A DNA stretch of 60,000 nucleotides from Malacoraja senta. Its lineage: Eukaryota. This document shows positions 43,771 through 57,840 of the stretch, one piece after another. How positions within the stretch are numbered: position 1 is the first letter of the stretch; every line of letters starts with the position of its first letter. The notes beneath the pieces were generated by a model. That model did not search any database, was not told where the DNA came from, and was given only the letters and a program-made list of their open reading frames with translations. The position numbers and the translations under genes were made by a program. The DNA lies in contig CM075996.1 of the NCBI GenBank assembly GCA_038087875.1, positions 6,016,001 to 6,076,000 of the forward strand, given 5' to 3'.

Positions 43771-44399
43771 CTTTCTCATCTTCATGTTGACCAACAACTT
43801 ACTATCATGGCTAGCCATCTGTTTGTTCATAAGTATGAGCTTAATTGATTTCTCAAATATATTTGGCTGCCATTACCCTAGCACACAATTAAAATTCATT
43901 CTTCTCAAAACAATTTATAGCTTTGTTCATGACCTGGCCCCAATTTCCACCCATCCCCAGGCTTGGTGTTGATTATGAAGGGGTCTCGGGCATATTTTTC
44001 AACACTTTCTCTGAAACTTTGTACCTTGCTACTCTTCCTCCACCTAGAAAATTTGCAACGTTGACAGTGGTTTACTGTAATATTGTGCTGACTGTGCAAA
44101 CCAGTAACTTGCATCAGTTGATATCTTGTTTGTCCTGACTTTGCTGATAATGGCAAGGCTACTAAACACTGGCTTCAGTACCTCTCAACTAAGGAATGGA
44201 GAAAACAAATAAGCCATGTATCACACGTGTTACTATGCAGTGATTTTTTATTGAGTTGTGCAAATGAATAAATGGATCGTATGAACAACATTGGATTTGG
44301 TGGCTTTCGTCCTCTGCAGTAAATAACTTTCAGTACCTGATATCTTATGGGAAGTTGTCTGCTTGGTGAGTCCCATCAACCATTTCCATCATTACATAA

Positions 44400-45633
44400 C
44401 TATATATCTTGTGCTCTTCCAGTTTGCGCAGTTTTTCTATATGCGCAAAAAAGAATATGCGATAGCGCTATGATTTTTCGTCAGCTCACTCACCGTTCTC
44501 CTCTACTGCGAGTGCATTGTTTTGTTTCAATCGGTGGCATATTGTAAAAGTTAGCGAGGTTTAAAAATCGTAAAAACCGCGTGTGCGCAGATCGATCTCT
44601 CCTGCCAGTTAGTGCCGCGCGGATTGGTCTCTTCCCCTTCCACTCCCCGGGACGGTCCACCCCTTCCTGCGCCATCGCATCTTTACTGGAGCTGAGGATG
44701 GCCGGTGGTGGTCTCCAACCAGACACAATTTTCGGAGGGACCGGAAGCGGCCCAGGAGATGTCGCCAAACGGAAAGCAGGGAGTCTGATCCCGGAAGAGG
44801 AGAGCGTCCAGCGCCCACTGTGAGTCCCAAACACACCGCCATCGCAACGCCCCGCAACTCCAGCCCCTTCCCCTATGGTCCCCCTCGCTGGCTCCTGCCC
44901 CCTCCTTCGCGATACCTCCACCCTCCCCCATGGCTCCTCCCCCGTCTCTGGACTCTCCACCTCCACCCCGCCCACACGCCGGCGTGGCCGTAGCTGCTGG
45001 TGCTTCCGAGCCGATCCGAGGCCTGGCTCTGAGGGCGCCGACGGCTGATGCTCCTCCGGGGCATGCAAGAGGGAAGAGGAGCGGCAACCTCGAGATCATG
45101 GGGAGGGAGAGTGGGGGAGGAGAGGGGATAGAGGAAGGGAGTAGGGAGGGGAGAGGAGTTATGGAGGGAGGGAGGGTGTGACTGAGGGTAGGGGAAAGGA
45201 GAGGTGAGGGAGGGATTGGGGGAAGGGGAGGAGGAGAGGGAAAAGGATGGTGAGGTGGGGGAGGAGGGGGAATAGAGGGAGGGGAGGGGGAGTGGGGGAG
45301 GTAGGGAGTGGGGAATAGAGGGAGAGGAGGGCAGTGGGGGAGGTGAGGACAGATAGTGGGGGGGGGTAGTGGATGAGAGGAGTGGGAGAGGTGGGGGATA
45401 GAGGGATAGGAGGGGAGAGGAGGGTGGGAGTGACGGAGGGGGAGAGAGGTGAGGGAGGGGTGGAGGAGAGGTGAAAGAAGAGGGAGGGTGAAGAGGAGGG
45501 GGAGAGAGTGCTAGGGATGAGGGGAAACGAGCTGCATCTGTGCAGTTGGGGGCTATGGGCGAGTGGTGGAATATTGCATTGGGGGGCCAAGCCTCCTGTG
45601 TGACAGGGACCCAACGGATCCCACTTAGTCTAG
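44400..45633 (+). mobile_element. Non-autonomous Helitron-like element, CpG-rich
   Basis: 3' end CTAG (45630-33) followed by T; subterminal hairpin GGGACCC-AAC-GGATCCC (45606-22) 11 nt from the end; no TIRs; sharp GC contrast with the flanks. The 5' end is approximate. Confidence 0.7.
45100..45530 (+). repeat. G/A-rich polypurine low-complexity tract
   Basis: Dense GGG(G) runs separated by short A-rich linkers. Confidence 0.9.
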
Positions 45634-47539
45634 TTATATCTCAGCATCTGTTCCCAAGGATGGAAATTATTTTATTTAAATTAAATAAATAAACATTGTG
45701 GTATTCTGTCAGTAAACAATTTACTAAACTAAAATACTGCAAATGTAGAAAGTAAAACACAATGTTGGGTCAAACAATATTTCTGGATAGAGAAACAGTT
45801 AACATTTCAGATCAATAAACTTAAACATCAGAAAGGGTCAGGTTTATTTTCTAGGTGTACATCCATCTATCAGTTTGTTTTTCTAAAAACATAAGAATAC
45901 TTTCCCAGACATTTGGTATGAATAGGTGCAAGTCTGCAGTTTTTTTCTTGTGTTAGTTGTCCTTTCAAGGACAAATTGTTATCTAGCTAACCAAAGGTTT
46001 ATCTGGAAAACTCCAGTGTACTGAATTATAGAATGTGGGATGGTAAAATTGTTTCTAGACTAACAGCATATTACTTTATTTATGATATATTTAACTTCAT
46101 TATTTTTGTTGCGCAGATTATAACCTGGAGAGTTAAGAACTAATTATTCAGTACTGCTGCTGTAGACATGTCTTCCTTTATTTCACTGTTGACTCACTAC
46201 TTGTGTAAGTGCTATCAGCTTTAAGATGACCAAGGAGCACAATAGTATTAATAAAATCGTTGAAAATGAAATTGATTCTATTTATGATTTTTGTGCTCAC
46301 TTGTTCTTCTGAGGTGTGCGCGTATCTTAAGAACAAATAGGTAGGGTGAAAGAGTGATATAGGTTATGTACAAACCCTGTGGATTTTGCATTGAAATGAG
46401 TTGTCTTAGCCGATTGCTTTATGAATCTGCCAAATTCTTCAGGGGCTTTGACTTTGTGGACCCACGAGCTGCGCTGTCTTTTCAATAAGATTATGGCTGG
46501 TCTGATCTTTTCATTTTCCTGCCCAATCCCCATAAGCCTTGATTCCTCAAGTTCTAAAATCTCATCTATCTCCGCTTTATCATTCTCCAGAACACACGGA
46601 GAGGCAGGGAGGGGGATCCAGTGTGTGAAATATAGGTTGTAGATGGATGCAAATGGGTGATAGGGTCTGGAGGGATGGTATGAATAGCAGAATAAAAATG
46701 GGAGGGCTGGAAGCATATCGAAATGAGGGAGGGGGAGCCTTTCCCAGTGCCAGGGTGAGGCTCAATGCAAACCAGAGGTCTGATCTCATAAACCAATATC
46801 TTGTGCAGTAACTTTTTATGTGGCACCTTCTCAAAATTGGAATGGGGGGAAAAAACCAATCTCAAGGACTGGGTGTATAAAGGTTGGAACACAAGATGCT
46901 CCACCGATCACAGATACCTCAAGACTGACTTCTCAGATACCAAGATAAATTCTTAGTATAATATTCTCTGGGGAAAATGGCAATATTCAAGACCAACGTC
47001 CTGGATTGTACAGATTTGCTCATTTCATCTGTGGCATTGGAAAGAAGAATACCACTGATTGTCCTTGTGTGCCTTTTGAGTTCAATTTGTGATTTGAGTG
47101 CACATCATTGGTGTGGAATTCATTTAACCATAGGTTTAGTCTTTGTCAATCAATAATAAACTGCTTTAAGTGTAACCTTGATGTTTAGATTTTTTCAGCA
47201 ATTCAAAGGTTAACAAAACATCTTGTTTACTGACCTACACAAGATTGAATCTAGTTTAAATACTCAGTTACACATTTTCCATGAACAGTGAAAGAATTAC
47301 TTGTTCATATATCCACAAATTGTATAGTTGTTGAATGGACTACATTGATTGCATGATCAAAATGATTCTGTACATTTAGTTAGTGGTAACATGTGGCATA
47401 AACTATGTGTGAATTTACTAATACATTCTGATCATTTGGGGTATCCTTGTATTTCACAGATAAACGACAATTAAAGTGCCTTTGGCTGTGCCATTCAATA
47501 AGACTTAATGATTGATGTAAACGGTGCTGCTAAATATTT

Positions 47540-47860
47540 GAATATCATAGAAAGTCAGTCACAACATGGAAATGCACCATTTGGCCCACCAGGTCATGGC
47601 CACCATCTAGTGCACGCATACACTAATCTTATACTCATCCTATTTTATACTATTCCCATTCCCATCAACGCCCCCTCAGATTTGCCACTCACCTGCACAC
47701 TGAGGGCAATTTACAGTGGCCATTTAACCTACCAATTCCCACAACTTTGTAATATAGGAGCAAATCCACACTGTCATTGAGAGAAGGTGGAAACTCCATA
47801 CTGGAGAGCAGAAGCAAACCTGGATCACGGGAGCTGCAAGGTAACAGCTCCATGAGCTGA
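47540..47860 (-). mobile_element. Degraded HE1-like SINE
   Basis: CACACTGAGGGCAATTTACAGTGGCCATTTAACCTAC..GAGAAGGTGGAAACTCCA, similar to the other SINE copies. Confidence 0.6.
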
Positions 47861-49799
47861 ACTCGAGTTCAAGTTCAATGTCATATGCATGAGATTTTAT
47901 CATGTGCCACACAAAGTATCAAGGAAATAATACAATATTGTGAAAATTGCTTTGGTGATCGCAGTTGTGATATGGGAGCGGTTTCCTTATGATATCATGT
48001 AGATACTATATTGTTGGTTACCATAACCCCAACCCCCTCCACACAGATCCCAAAACAGTTTTGGTGTGGATAACAGAGAAGAGAATTAGTGGGTTCCTGT
48101 CCACTTTTTTGTGAATCTGTACATTTAACTGGCAGGTACAGCCTCCTGCAGCCAGGTTGAAGCTGATGCAAAATATGATTGTACAAGGGCAGTATTAGAG
48201 GATGAGCTGGGAATATACCGAAATATGTAATTATCCTCAATTGTAGGAGGAAAAGGTATGGGCGATTCCTTTGCTATTTTTAACTTCCTTGCATTTTCTT
48301 TTGCTTGAAACTAGAAAATTAAATGGGCAGCTGTACCTTGTCTTGAATCTTCCTTTCTCCAAAAGGTTAATCTTTCTGCAGGAGTCTGGGACAACTAACT
48401 CTGCAATTGATGGTAGTTGCACATGCAAACTTCCAGAATGATCTGTCAATGCTTAATTTTTAGCCATGCATATAATGATGAACACTTGGGCAAATTATCT
48501 AGAGATTCATACACCTATGCTTCAAGAAGCTGCGTCATAGCAACATTGAGGAAAACATTTAATCAGACAGTACACATGATCTGCATATTATTTACACTGC
48601 AGTGGTTTGACAAACCCAGTTAGATCTCAACAGTAAATGACAAAAGATTCTGCTTGAAGGCTTTTTTCTCTTTCCACATATGCTGCCTGGTTGTCTGAGT
48701 GTTTCCAACACTCAATTTTTATTCAAAATATCAGCAATCCCAACTCACCAATCAGAAATAGCACTTTTCAGCACTCAAACTGCTACATTCTACTATAGTT
48801 GAATAGGAATGTCAGAAAGGATCTAATTTTAATATTTTCACAATGTTAGAATTCATTGGAATTGTAGCTATATGTTTTGGAAGTATTAACTGTTGTCAAG
48901 AACTTAGCAAACCTACTTTAATGAATCGTCTCACTTTTTTCTTTGAGTTAACAACATTTTGAATACCATTGTTCCTTTCCTACCTAATGATAATGCCCTA
49001 AGTTCAAATCCAGGTTACTTTCCCCATTAGTGTGTGCAGCTATTTATGTGTGAAATTTGTAATTTAGAACATGGAGGAATTTACGGTTTAATATCTAAGG
49101 TTCAAAATAACTTTCATAGTTGGTCATAGTTATCAATTCTAAACAATAAAATAAACAAAAAGCTACAAATTTAGTCTTTTCAAGGATTACCTGAGCATAC
49201 TAACATGTTCCCAGACAGTCATTTTAGAGAGAGATAGTTAACTGTTTGATTTGTACATGGTGCATTTCTGATCTCTGGTGTTAAATAATTTGTTGAATTA
49301 AAAAAATTCCCTGAATGATATTGTGATAATTGATGTAGTTGAATTAAACGATAGGGACAGGAGCGGGCGAGGTGGTTCAGTGAAAACATGACAGATCAAT
49401 TCTAATTCATCCACTTGGCATTATGTCCCTTAATTAAGGAATGTGTTGCAGGGGTTAAATTATTGGATTTATTGTCCAAAGATCTGGATTAGCAAACCGG
49501 AGATACGAGTTCAACTTCTAACACAAAATGGGGAACTTGAATCTAATTAATTATGTTCCTTTTAAAAAAAGACTAGTTTTATGACGATGAGACAGATAAA
49601 TTCATGAATTTGTCTAATTTCAGCTTGTGATATGCTTTCCAAACTAGGCATAGATCAATAGCAATGTGATTTACTCTTTTAACTGAGATAGCATAGGAAG
49701 ACACAGTTTAAAAAAAAAGTGATGCGTTAAAACAAAAGGAAGAATAAACCCATGCAGAAATCCAGCATTGACCAAGACATCTGTTTGGTCATAGCAAAG

Positions 49800-50700
49800 T
49801 CACTGCTGGGACAGTTGACCTTGTAAGATCCTCCTGACAAATGTCCGTGGACTGAAGTCTAAATTGGGAGAGCTGTCCCACAATCTAGTTGAACAAATGT
49901 CTGACACAGTTGTTCCCTTCAAAACATTCCTTAGGTTAACATTGTAAACTGCTCCTTCACAGTTGCTGGGCATGTCCCATCCCACCAGCAGGGTAGGGAA
50001 GAAGAGACCCTACGTCTTTGATGCTGACTGACTAATTCAGAATTCTTATGGAATGTAGTCATACATTAGAAAGGAAACCTGCTGGTTACTGTCTTCTGCC
50101 CTAATTGAACTGATGAACAATTGGAAGAGACATTGCAGATGGTTAAGGGGCAGAATGTATTTCAGATGAGGAACTTCAACGTCCATTATCAAGAGCAGTT
50201 CAGCAGAACTACCACACACTTAGGCAACTAAGTTATGAAAGTTCAGAGCAAAGAAAAGAGGGAAAAGTCTGCTTAAACTGATCATCGCCCATTACAGAGC
50301 CATCTGTCCATCATAATAGTGTAGGAACAATCACACTATAGTCCTTGATATAAAAAGCCTGACCTGACCAAGGGCATCCTGCATCATGTCATGTAGCACT
50401 ACTGATCATGGTAAATGAGTACTTCAGAATAGATCCAGCAGCTCCAAATCAGCCAACCATGAGATACTGTGAGCTGTCAGCAACAGCACAATTGTATTCA
50501 ACTGCAATCTATAATATTTGTGATCTGGTACATCTGCCATGAATATGCATCTTTGGGACCATGTCTGGTTTAGTAAGGAGTGTAAAAAAGCATGCTGCAG
50601 CACCGCCAACCGTATTAAATAAAAAAGCTGTAAACTCTTTAATACTTCAAATTCATAAGAACTGCATGCTAAACAAAAGCAGTGATAGATAGACCCAAGT
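49800..50700 (+). mobile_element. Ancient non-LTR retrotransposon, endonuclease region; probable 3' end at ~51230-51640
   Basis: Frame KILLTNVRGLKSKLGELSHNLVEQMSDTV (APE N-terminal motif) at ~49825-49915; later GGAACTTCAACGTCCAT (G.FNVH-like). Confidence 0.55.
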
Positions 50701-50904
50701 AATTCCACAGTCAAATGACCAGATTAAACGTTTGCAAGCCACTCAAGTTGTGTAAAGTTGGGGCACAGCTAAATTTGTGGTGAGGAAAAGGTTCCACTAT
50801 CATTCGATTCAGTCATGGAATCATACAGCGTGAAAACAGGCCCTTCAGTCCAACTTGCCCATGCTGACCAAGATGCCCCATTTACACAAGAGTGCAACCT
50901 CTGA

Positions 50905-51180
50905 GTACAGAGTGGCACAGCTAGTAGAGCACAGGCCCAGCAACCTGGGTTCAATCTGACTTCCAGTGCTTCTGGTAACTGCATGGATATCCTCCTACAT
51001 CCTGAAGACGGGATAGTAGCTTAATTGGCCACTGATAAATTCCATTGAATGGTAGAATCTAGGGAGAGTTAAATGGAATATGGGGAAAATAAAGTTCATT
51101 TAAGAGAAAAATACTATAAATGGGTGTTTGGATGGTTGATAAGGATTTCATGGGCTGACAGACGTGTTTCCCTGATGCTG
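50905..51180 (+). mobile_element. HE1-like SINE, preceded by an antisense CR1-tail fragment (50810-50890)
   Basis: GTGGCACAGCTAGTAGAGC..CCTGGGTTCAATCTGAC head (A/B-box-like); tail ATGGGCTGACAGACGTGTTTCC. Confidence 0.6.
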
Positions 51181-51960
51181 GGTCCATAACACGCTTCGCT
51201 TTATACTGTTAAGGACAAAACAGCTCACTAGATTGTCATCCTATCCACCACCAAGAACATGTAATTCTTCCACCATTGGCAAACAATGAATGCACTGTAT
51301 ATACATCTATAAAGTGCCCTGTAGATAATTGCTTGGCTTTGATGGCACCTCTCAAATTTGACATTGCTCATTAAGAAGGACAAGGAAGAAGGCACGAAGG
51401 AAAATGTTCTCCAAGTTCCTCACTGAGTGGTACATCATCCTAAATTGAAAATATATCACCATTCGTTTTTTACAGTCTCAGTTCTGAAACAGTTTAATCA
51501 ACGATGCAAAGGCTGTACCTTCACCCCAACAGGACAGCAGCAGTTCCAGGATGCAGCATGTTTTTTGGTTTTCAAGGGCTGTTAGAGATAGACAACAAAT
51601 GTAGGCTTGCCAGTGATGTTCTGCTTTCAGTAAATGAAGGAGGGAATGCTTGGCTATCAAAAATCCATTCTTACATTAAAAATAATTAGTTGAAATAGCA
51701 TCTATCTTATTTGTTGCAATGGCCAGAAGATGGCCTTATAAACTGGGATGGGAAGACATTTTACTCTTGGTTATGATTCTTTAGAATTCTCTGCTACAGA
51801 GACCAGTGGGTGCTTGGTCATTGATCTCAGGCATGTCTATAATCATTGTGGATTTATACACTGAAGGAATCAAAGCTTATGAGAATAAGATATAAAGTAG
51901 ATTTAAGGAGGTAAATCCGCATAATCTGATTGAAAGATGGAGCAGGTTTACTAATTGTCT

Positions 51961-52200
51961 TACGATACGATACAACTTTATTCATCCCAGAGTGAAATTG
52001 GTCTGCCAACAGTCACAACACACAATAAGGTACACGAAAACTTGAAACTAAAATAAAAATAAAATTAAAAGTGCGGAAAAAAAGAAAGAAAAAGACAAGC
52101 TGCCGTGTCACAGCGCCTTAACGGGAACGAGCGAACGAACAAACAAATGCAGAGTTATCCCCTGGGCAGAGGATTCTAAAACTAGACTGCCCTCCCTCCC
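51961..52200 (-). mobile_element. LINE 3' UTR fragment with (TATCG)n tail
   Basis: TACGATACGATACAACTTTATT (antisense AATAAA plus short tandem tail), inserted among degraded CR1 sequence. Confidence 0.55.
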
Positions 52201-53080
52201 TTATCCAAATTTCTATCTTGAGTGACCTGGTTTTGATTATTTTTCTTTGTTGTCCTGGACTCAAAACTAATGGACAGAGTTTTTATTTACTCTATCAATC
52301 CCTTTCATTTCCAAATACAGCAATCAGATTATCCATTAAGTGTTAGTATTTCAGGGAATAGAATATTAATGTAATATCTGATCAGAATCTAACCCCTAAA
52401 GCTCTGGTAACATTCTGATGAATCTTATACACACTTAAAAGATCATTGCATTCAAGGTGTGATGCCCAGAACTATGCAGACTATCAGTGATATGGTTGAA
52501 CCAGGGAATATATAACTCTAGAAAAAGTAACTCAAGTTTATTTTCTAGCCTTTTATATTTAGTGATTAGCCTTTCTGATTTTTTTCTTATTCCATATGAT
52601 TATACTTGTAATGCATGCTCTGAAATCTCTTTGGATTTCCACTGTGCCTTGTTTTTCACTTAACGAAGAGGAATTTATTGATGCAAAATGAATAACTTGC
52701 CTGCATTGAAATGCCTCTGCCAGAGTCTTGGCCTCTTCACTGGATCTGTTTATTCCTGTCATTTTATGCTGCCATCTACAACATTTATAATACCTAAAGA
52801 TGTTGTGTCATTGCTGACTTGCTCATGCTGCACTTCAGTAAATTATGTAATCAATAAATATAGTTTATTGATATGGGTCCTTGTCGGGCATCATAATTTT
52901 CAAAGTCTATTCTATACCCACTCAACAAACTCCATATTTCAAGACCTAACCAATCTCCTAACCTGCACGGTTGTGTGCCCTCATTCATAAACTAACATTC
53001 TTATGAAAAACTTTATGGATAGCCTTTAGGAATCCATACGGACTATGTCCATTGACTATCTCTGGCTATTTGACTGTTTT

Positions 53081-53983
53081 GGGGGGGTTTTCCGAGTGGT
53101 GGCGCCATTGAGTGTGGCTGCCTTGTCTGCAGCTGTCTGTCCTATCATCCTTTTTGTTATTTTTAGTCTGTTTTAAAGTTTGTTTTTGGAGGTCTTTAGT
53201 CTTATTTATGTGGTGGGAGGGGGGGGGGTAAGGGGGAAACCGTTTATCTTAATCACTTCCAGGTCGAGGATGCGTTTATCCTCCGAGCCGCATCTTCGCC
53301 CCTTCCTCGCGGCCTACCATCTGGATTGGCGCGGCCTTTCCTGCCGGAGTCCGGCCAGGGCTTCGGCTTCAGCAGCAGCACAGCACGGGATTCCATCGCG
53401 GAGCGAGCGATGCCTTGCCGGAATCGCCGTGTTGGAGCTCCGGAGTGCTGTGACTGCCGACTTCAACACCATGGAGCTGTGGTCTGTGGAGCTTTCAGCC
53501 ACGGGCGGCGGGAGCTTCCAGCCACTGGCGGTGCTGACTTTTCTAGCCGCTGGCGGCACTGACTTTGACATTGCGGAGCCTGGGATCTCTCGCCGAAGTC
53601 GCCTGCGTTGAATCTCCGCCCAGCTCGGACTGTGGACTTCAGGAGCCGCGGTCTCCGGTAGGAAGCGGCTGATTCGGAGGCACCGGGCCACTGAGAGTGT
53701 TCTTCCGTTCGAGGGCCTGAAAAATTCGGGCCGCCGTAGCGGCGACTGCGAAGGCCTCAATAGGCCCCGACCACAGCTGAACAGAGGAAGAGACTGAACT
53801 TTGGTGTCTTCCATCACAATGGGAAATGCTGATTCTGCCGTGGGGGGATGTTTTTTTATGTTTTATGTTAAATTCCAAAGTGTGGTGTTTATCTTATTTG
53901 TGTGCTGCATGGTAACTCAAATTTCCCTGCTCCATTTGGTGTATGTGACAATAAATGTCCTTTGTTTTGCTTTAAAAAAAAAA
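53081..53983 (+). mobile_element. ~0.9-kb CpG-rich non-coding retroposon with Rex1-like 3' tail
   Basis: Ends ..AATTTCCCTGCTCC..TGTGACAATAAA..A10; candidate TSD ACTGTTTT at 53073-80 and 53984-91. Confidence 0.65.
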
Positions 53984-56900
53984 ACTGTTTTATTTGACAT
54001 AACCTCTTGATTTCCATTAACTCAAATGCTCAATCATTTTTTTTCCTTATGGGTTCTAAAAACCTCCCATGCCAAATGTTGGTCCAAAATAACATGTGCT
54101 CACTGTCAATTACATCTGAAAGTTCCAATGAAGCAAAAAGGTTTTGTATTTAAAGGTACTAAATTAATGAAAAATTGTTTGTCTTCAATGTCGCCTATTC
54201 TTTCGCTCCATGGATGCTGTCTCACCCGCTGAGTTTCTCCAGATTTTTTTAATCTACCTTGTATTCAATGCAGAATCACCTGTGGAAGCAACAGTGGTTA
54301 AATGAGTGCCTTGCACTTTCTCGCCTTGCCTCTTGGTGAGGTGTTACTGGGGGCTGGGATTTCGGAATTCACATGCTAATGAGTATAAGCATCAGGAAGA
54401 GAAAGTTGCAAAACCTGCTTCTCTATTTTGCAGATTCAGAAGTGACATTCAAAAGTGATTAATCAATGGGTCATAAATGTAGAACATGTGCAAAGTAAAT
54501 GTGTTCTTTGTCTTATGAGCAATCAGAAATAAACTGCCCTGGGCATCAGCTGTCCCTCCCCCCATCTTCTCCCTGCAACCCCCCACCATATGGATGTGAG
54601 AATATTATAATATTTTCCTTTAGAGGCACTTCAATGCAATTGTGAGTTTAGATATTGGATCTAAGAATCAGTATCTTTTTTAACCATTTAAAGCCGTCCA
54701 TTGTAGATAAGTGGGCATCAATGAGGTACTTTGGAGAGCTGCTCTTTGTCTGAGTACTTTTTAATGAATTGCATTTGGAAATGGTTTGTGATTTCGCCTC
54801 AGTATATTGGTCCACTGAATTGTTTGCCATCAAGCCTTTAAAAAGTAAATGGAAGATACCATTTAGGTGTCAAAAAAAGGCAAAGTAATCAGATATTCAT
54901 ATTTGTGGGGAGATTTTCAGTGAACAGAGCTTTGTCATATGCCTTTGAAGTACTTCAGGTTGTTATAAACCTTTTAACATTTTTGAGAACGGAAAAACTT
55001 AGTGCTCCTAAATGAAGAAACGAAATGTATTTTTTTCCATAAGGTTGGTAAGAAGTTAAATCTTAACATATCTGGGCTTGGCATAATAAGCGGCTGCGTG
55101 GAGAAATGTCGTCTTAATTCACCTCAGGGAGTGCTGGGAGAGTGCAGACATTGGGCTGGCTTTCCTGCTTTTTCTTTCTGTGAGGATCAGGTATCAGGTT
55201 CGGAGACTGGGGGTGGGGGGTGGTGGGGGTGTGGAATGGTTGGTGGGGGTGTGGCTAGTTGTGATTAATAGCCCATGGCATGCAAGGCGGAGCCCGCACG
55301 AGCCATCTGGCCAAGATCTGGGAGTTGCTGTGGGGAAGATAACAGGAGAGGAAAGAGAGGGGCCAATCTGTGCAATCTGTGTCTCAAAGTCAAGCTAAAT
55401 CAGAAATTGCTCACATTTGATTTGCTTGGTTTATGGAGAGAAAGACGATGGTTTCACAGGTATACCTCAGTATTTTTAGCTGTTGTCTCTAAATGTTTGC
55501 GGAAAGTGTTAGTTCAACCATGTGCCTGTGCCGTGCAGTTTTATTTGTACAGAATGAATCATTGCTTCTATTGTCTGCCGTGCTCTCTGCTTTCTGTTGG
55601 TTATCAGGGAGACTGCTTGCATTTCTTGTGTTTTCCATATTCACGGGCATAAAGACTTGTAAATTGCATCAGAAAATCAAATTGCTTTAAAAAATATATA
55701 TAAACCAGTTCCTGTGATCATGTCACTGAAAACTGAATTCAGTTGAATTAACTAAACTGACCGGTGAAGTAAAAATTTACAGATGTTCTTGTCCTGTGTA
55801 AAAAAAACCCCGAAGGTTTGGACGTCTATTTATTTAAAGAACCCTTTCTCCTTGCTGTATACTGCAGTAATCGAGACAAAGCACAGGATATTTAACCCTA
55901 TGCGTGCTGAACTTGCTTCTCATTTTAGTATGTGTATGCTATTTTGTGCTTTTCCAGCAGTTCTGTTAAATAGAGATGTAGGGAGCCATAATCAACCAAA
56001 AACAGCTTTTCCGTCTGAATCATTTTCACTGACCTACAATCAAATAATTTTAAGATTGGTGGCAGCTCCCATCTTCACATTCATATTTTAGAGTTATAAA
56101 TTATTGTGGTCATTGTGGTGACTGAAACATGTGTACGGTTGTGTTGGTTCGGTAATTTCTTTGATTTTCTTCTTAACTTAATTTACCTATCTAATAACTG
56201 GATTTAAATTTGAGCAAGTGGGTGTAGGCCTTCTCCTGATCTTTAGCAAACAAAAGGAATCAGCTATGAAATTAAATATATTAAATATATATATATATAA
56301 ATAGGATATAATTATGCATGATATTTTAGACTAAAGCTATTAACATCTTTCAACACAGATTTAATTTTACATAGTTTCATTATATTTGGCGAATGCTGCG
56401 TGTGGGTGGTTTTCTTGTACTTCTGCGGAGAATACCACACACCTAATGTTATTATATCAATTACACAAAGAAGCAGCAATGGCTTTTGCAGTCTGGGGAA
56501 TGTGGTTTAGAACATATTTTGTACGGTGATATAGAAAGTGCCTGCAGATTGTAGGTTCTTAATGGAAGCAAGCAGAATTTGCGACAAAATTGTGCTGTCT
56601 CTGCAAACAGTACCTCTGCCTCGAGTTATTTAGTAATTTTTGCACTCTATATGAAAGAAAGGGGTGTTAATTTGAGGTTGTTGGCTTTCTGATGAATATT
56701 TTAGAAATTAATGTCATCCACTTTGATCTCCTTCATTCCAATGCCACTATTCTATTTTATGTAATTTCTAATTCCTATCTCACCAGTAATATTCTACTGA
56801 TAGTTTGAATTGACGAAAACACTAACTGAATTTCAACTGACACAAGATGACGTTTAATTTAGACCTTAAAGCACTGAGTTTCCTTAAAAAGATTTGTGTA

Positions 56901-57840
56901 AACTATGAAACCTCTAAATATAGAAACTGCATTTAATTGCATCTATATCATTATATACCCCACTTTGGCATTTCCAAATATCGGCCTTAAGAATGATAGG
57001 GAAAGCAAAAAGAAACCTGCTACAGTTTTCACTCCTGATCGCTTTTCAGCATTCCATGCTGGAAATGTATGTGTACTTCAATTGAGTAAGGCACTTGTGT
57101 CTCTGCAGTTAAACAGCCTGCGGATGTCTTTCTGGGTTCACACAGGAAAGATGGATACTTAGAAATGTTAAAGATTGTTGATACATGAGAAGTTAAACCA
57201 TTGCAAAATATTACCTTGCCAAACAAGAGCAAACTAGAAGGAAGATTGCTTATAAGGTATACATTTCATTGTTATTGAAGCAGCATTTTTGTGAATTCAG
57301 AACAAACATTTTTTGATTTATTTTTGCACTTAAGTCTGAACAATTCTTGCCTCATGATATGCTCGATGATCAAAATATGCTTATATTAAAATAATTTGTC
57401 AATTTAAAAACTTTTAAAAATTATGTAATTGGAAATTAATGATTAAGGATGATTGGCTTGGTTACTGCAGGTGAGATTTGGCATAATTAGTCAGATGAAA
57501 ACATTCTTTGGATGCTGCATGGTCAATAGATGCTTCTGTGCTTTTGTCTAGTTTACAAATACATTGAATGGAGGATCAACAAATATAATACATGTTGATA
57601 GTTGAATATTTTGTTGGGCAGTCAATTCAATTCAAATTCACATTGTCCTCTAGCATTTCCTAGTGAGTTGCTCAATACAGGAATAGTCAGTCACCAAGTG
57701 TTACTGAGGTGGCAAAAATATTACCCCAGAAGACTCATTCTGCGGCATTATAAATCTTATAGTGCTTTAAGTAAAACGAAAAACAAAATGTTGCAACTAT
57801 TGGATCAGGCAGTATCTACAGAAAATAGCATATGAACATA

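Noticed and set aside
44490..45614. Several overlapping GC-rich ORFs
   Set aside because: Expected from stop-poor GC-rich or low-complexity DNA; no recognisable domain.
53180..53878. ORFs of 143 and 167 aa in the CpG-rich element
   Set aside because: They overlap on both strands, are compositionally biased and have no motifs.
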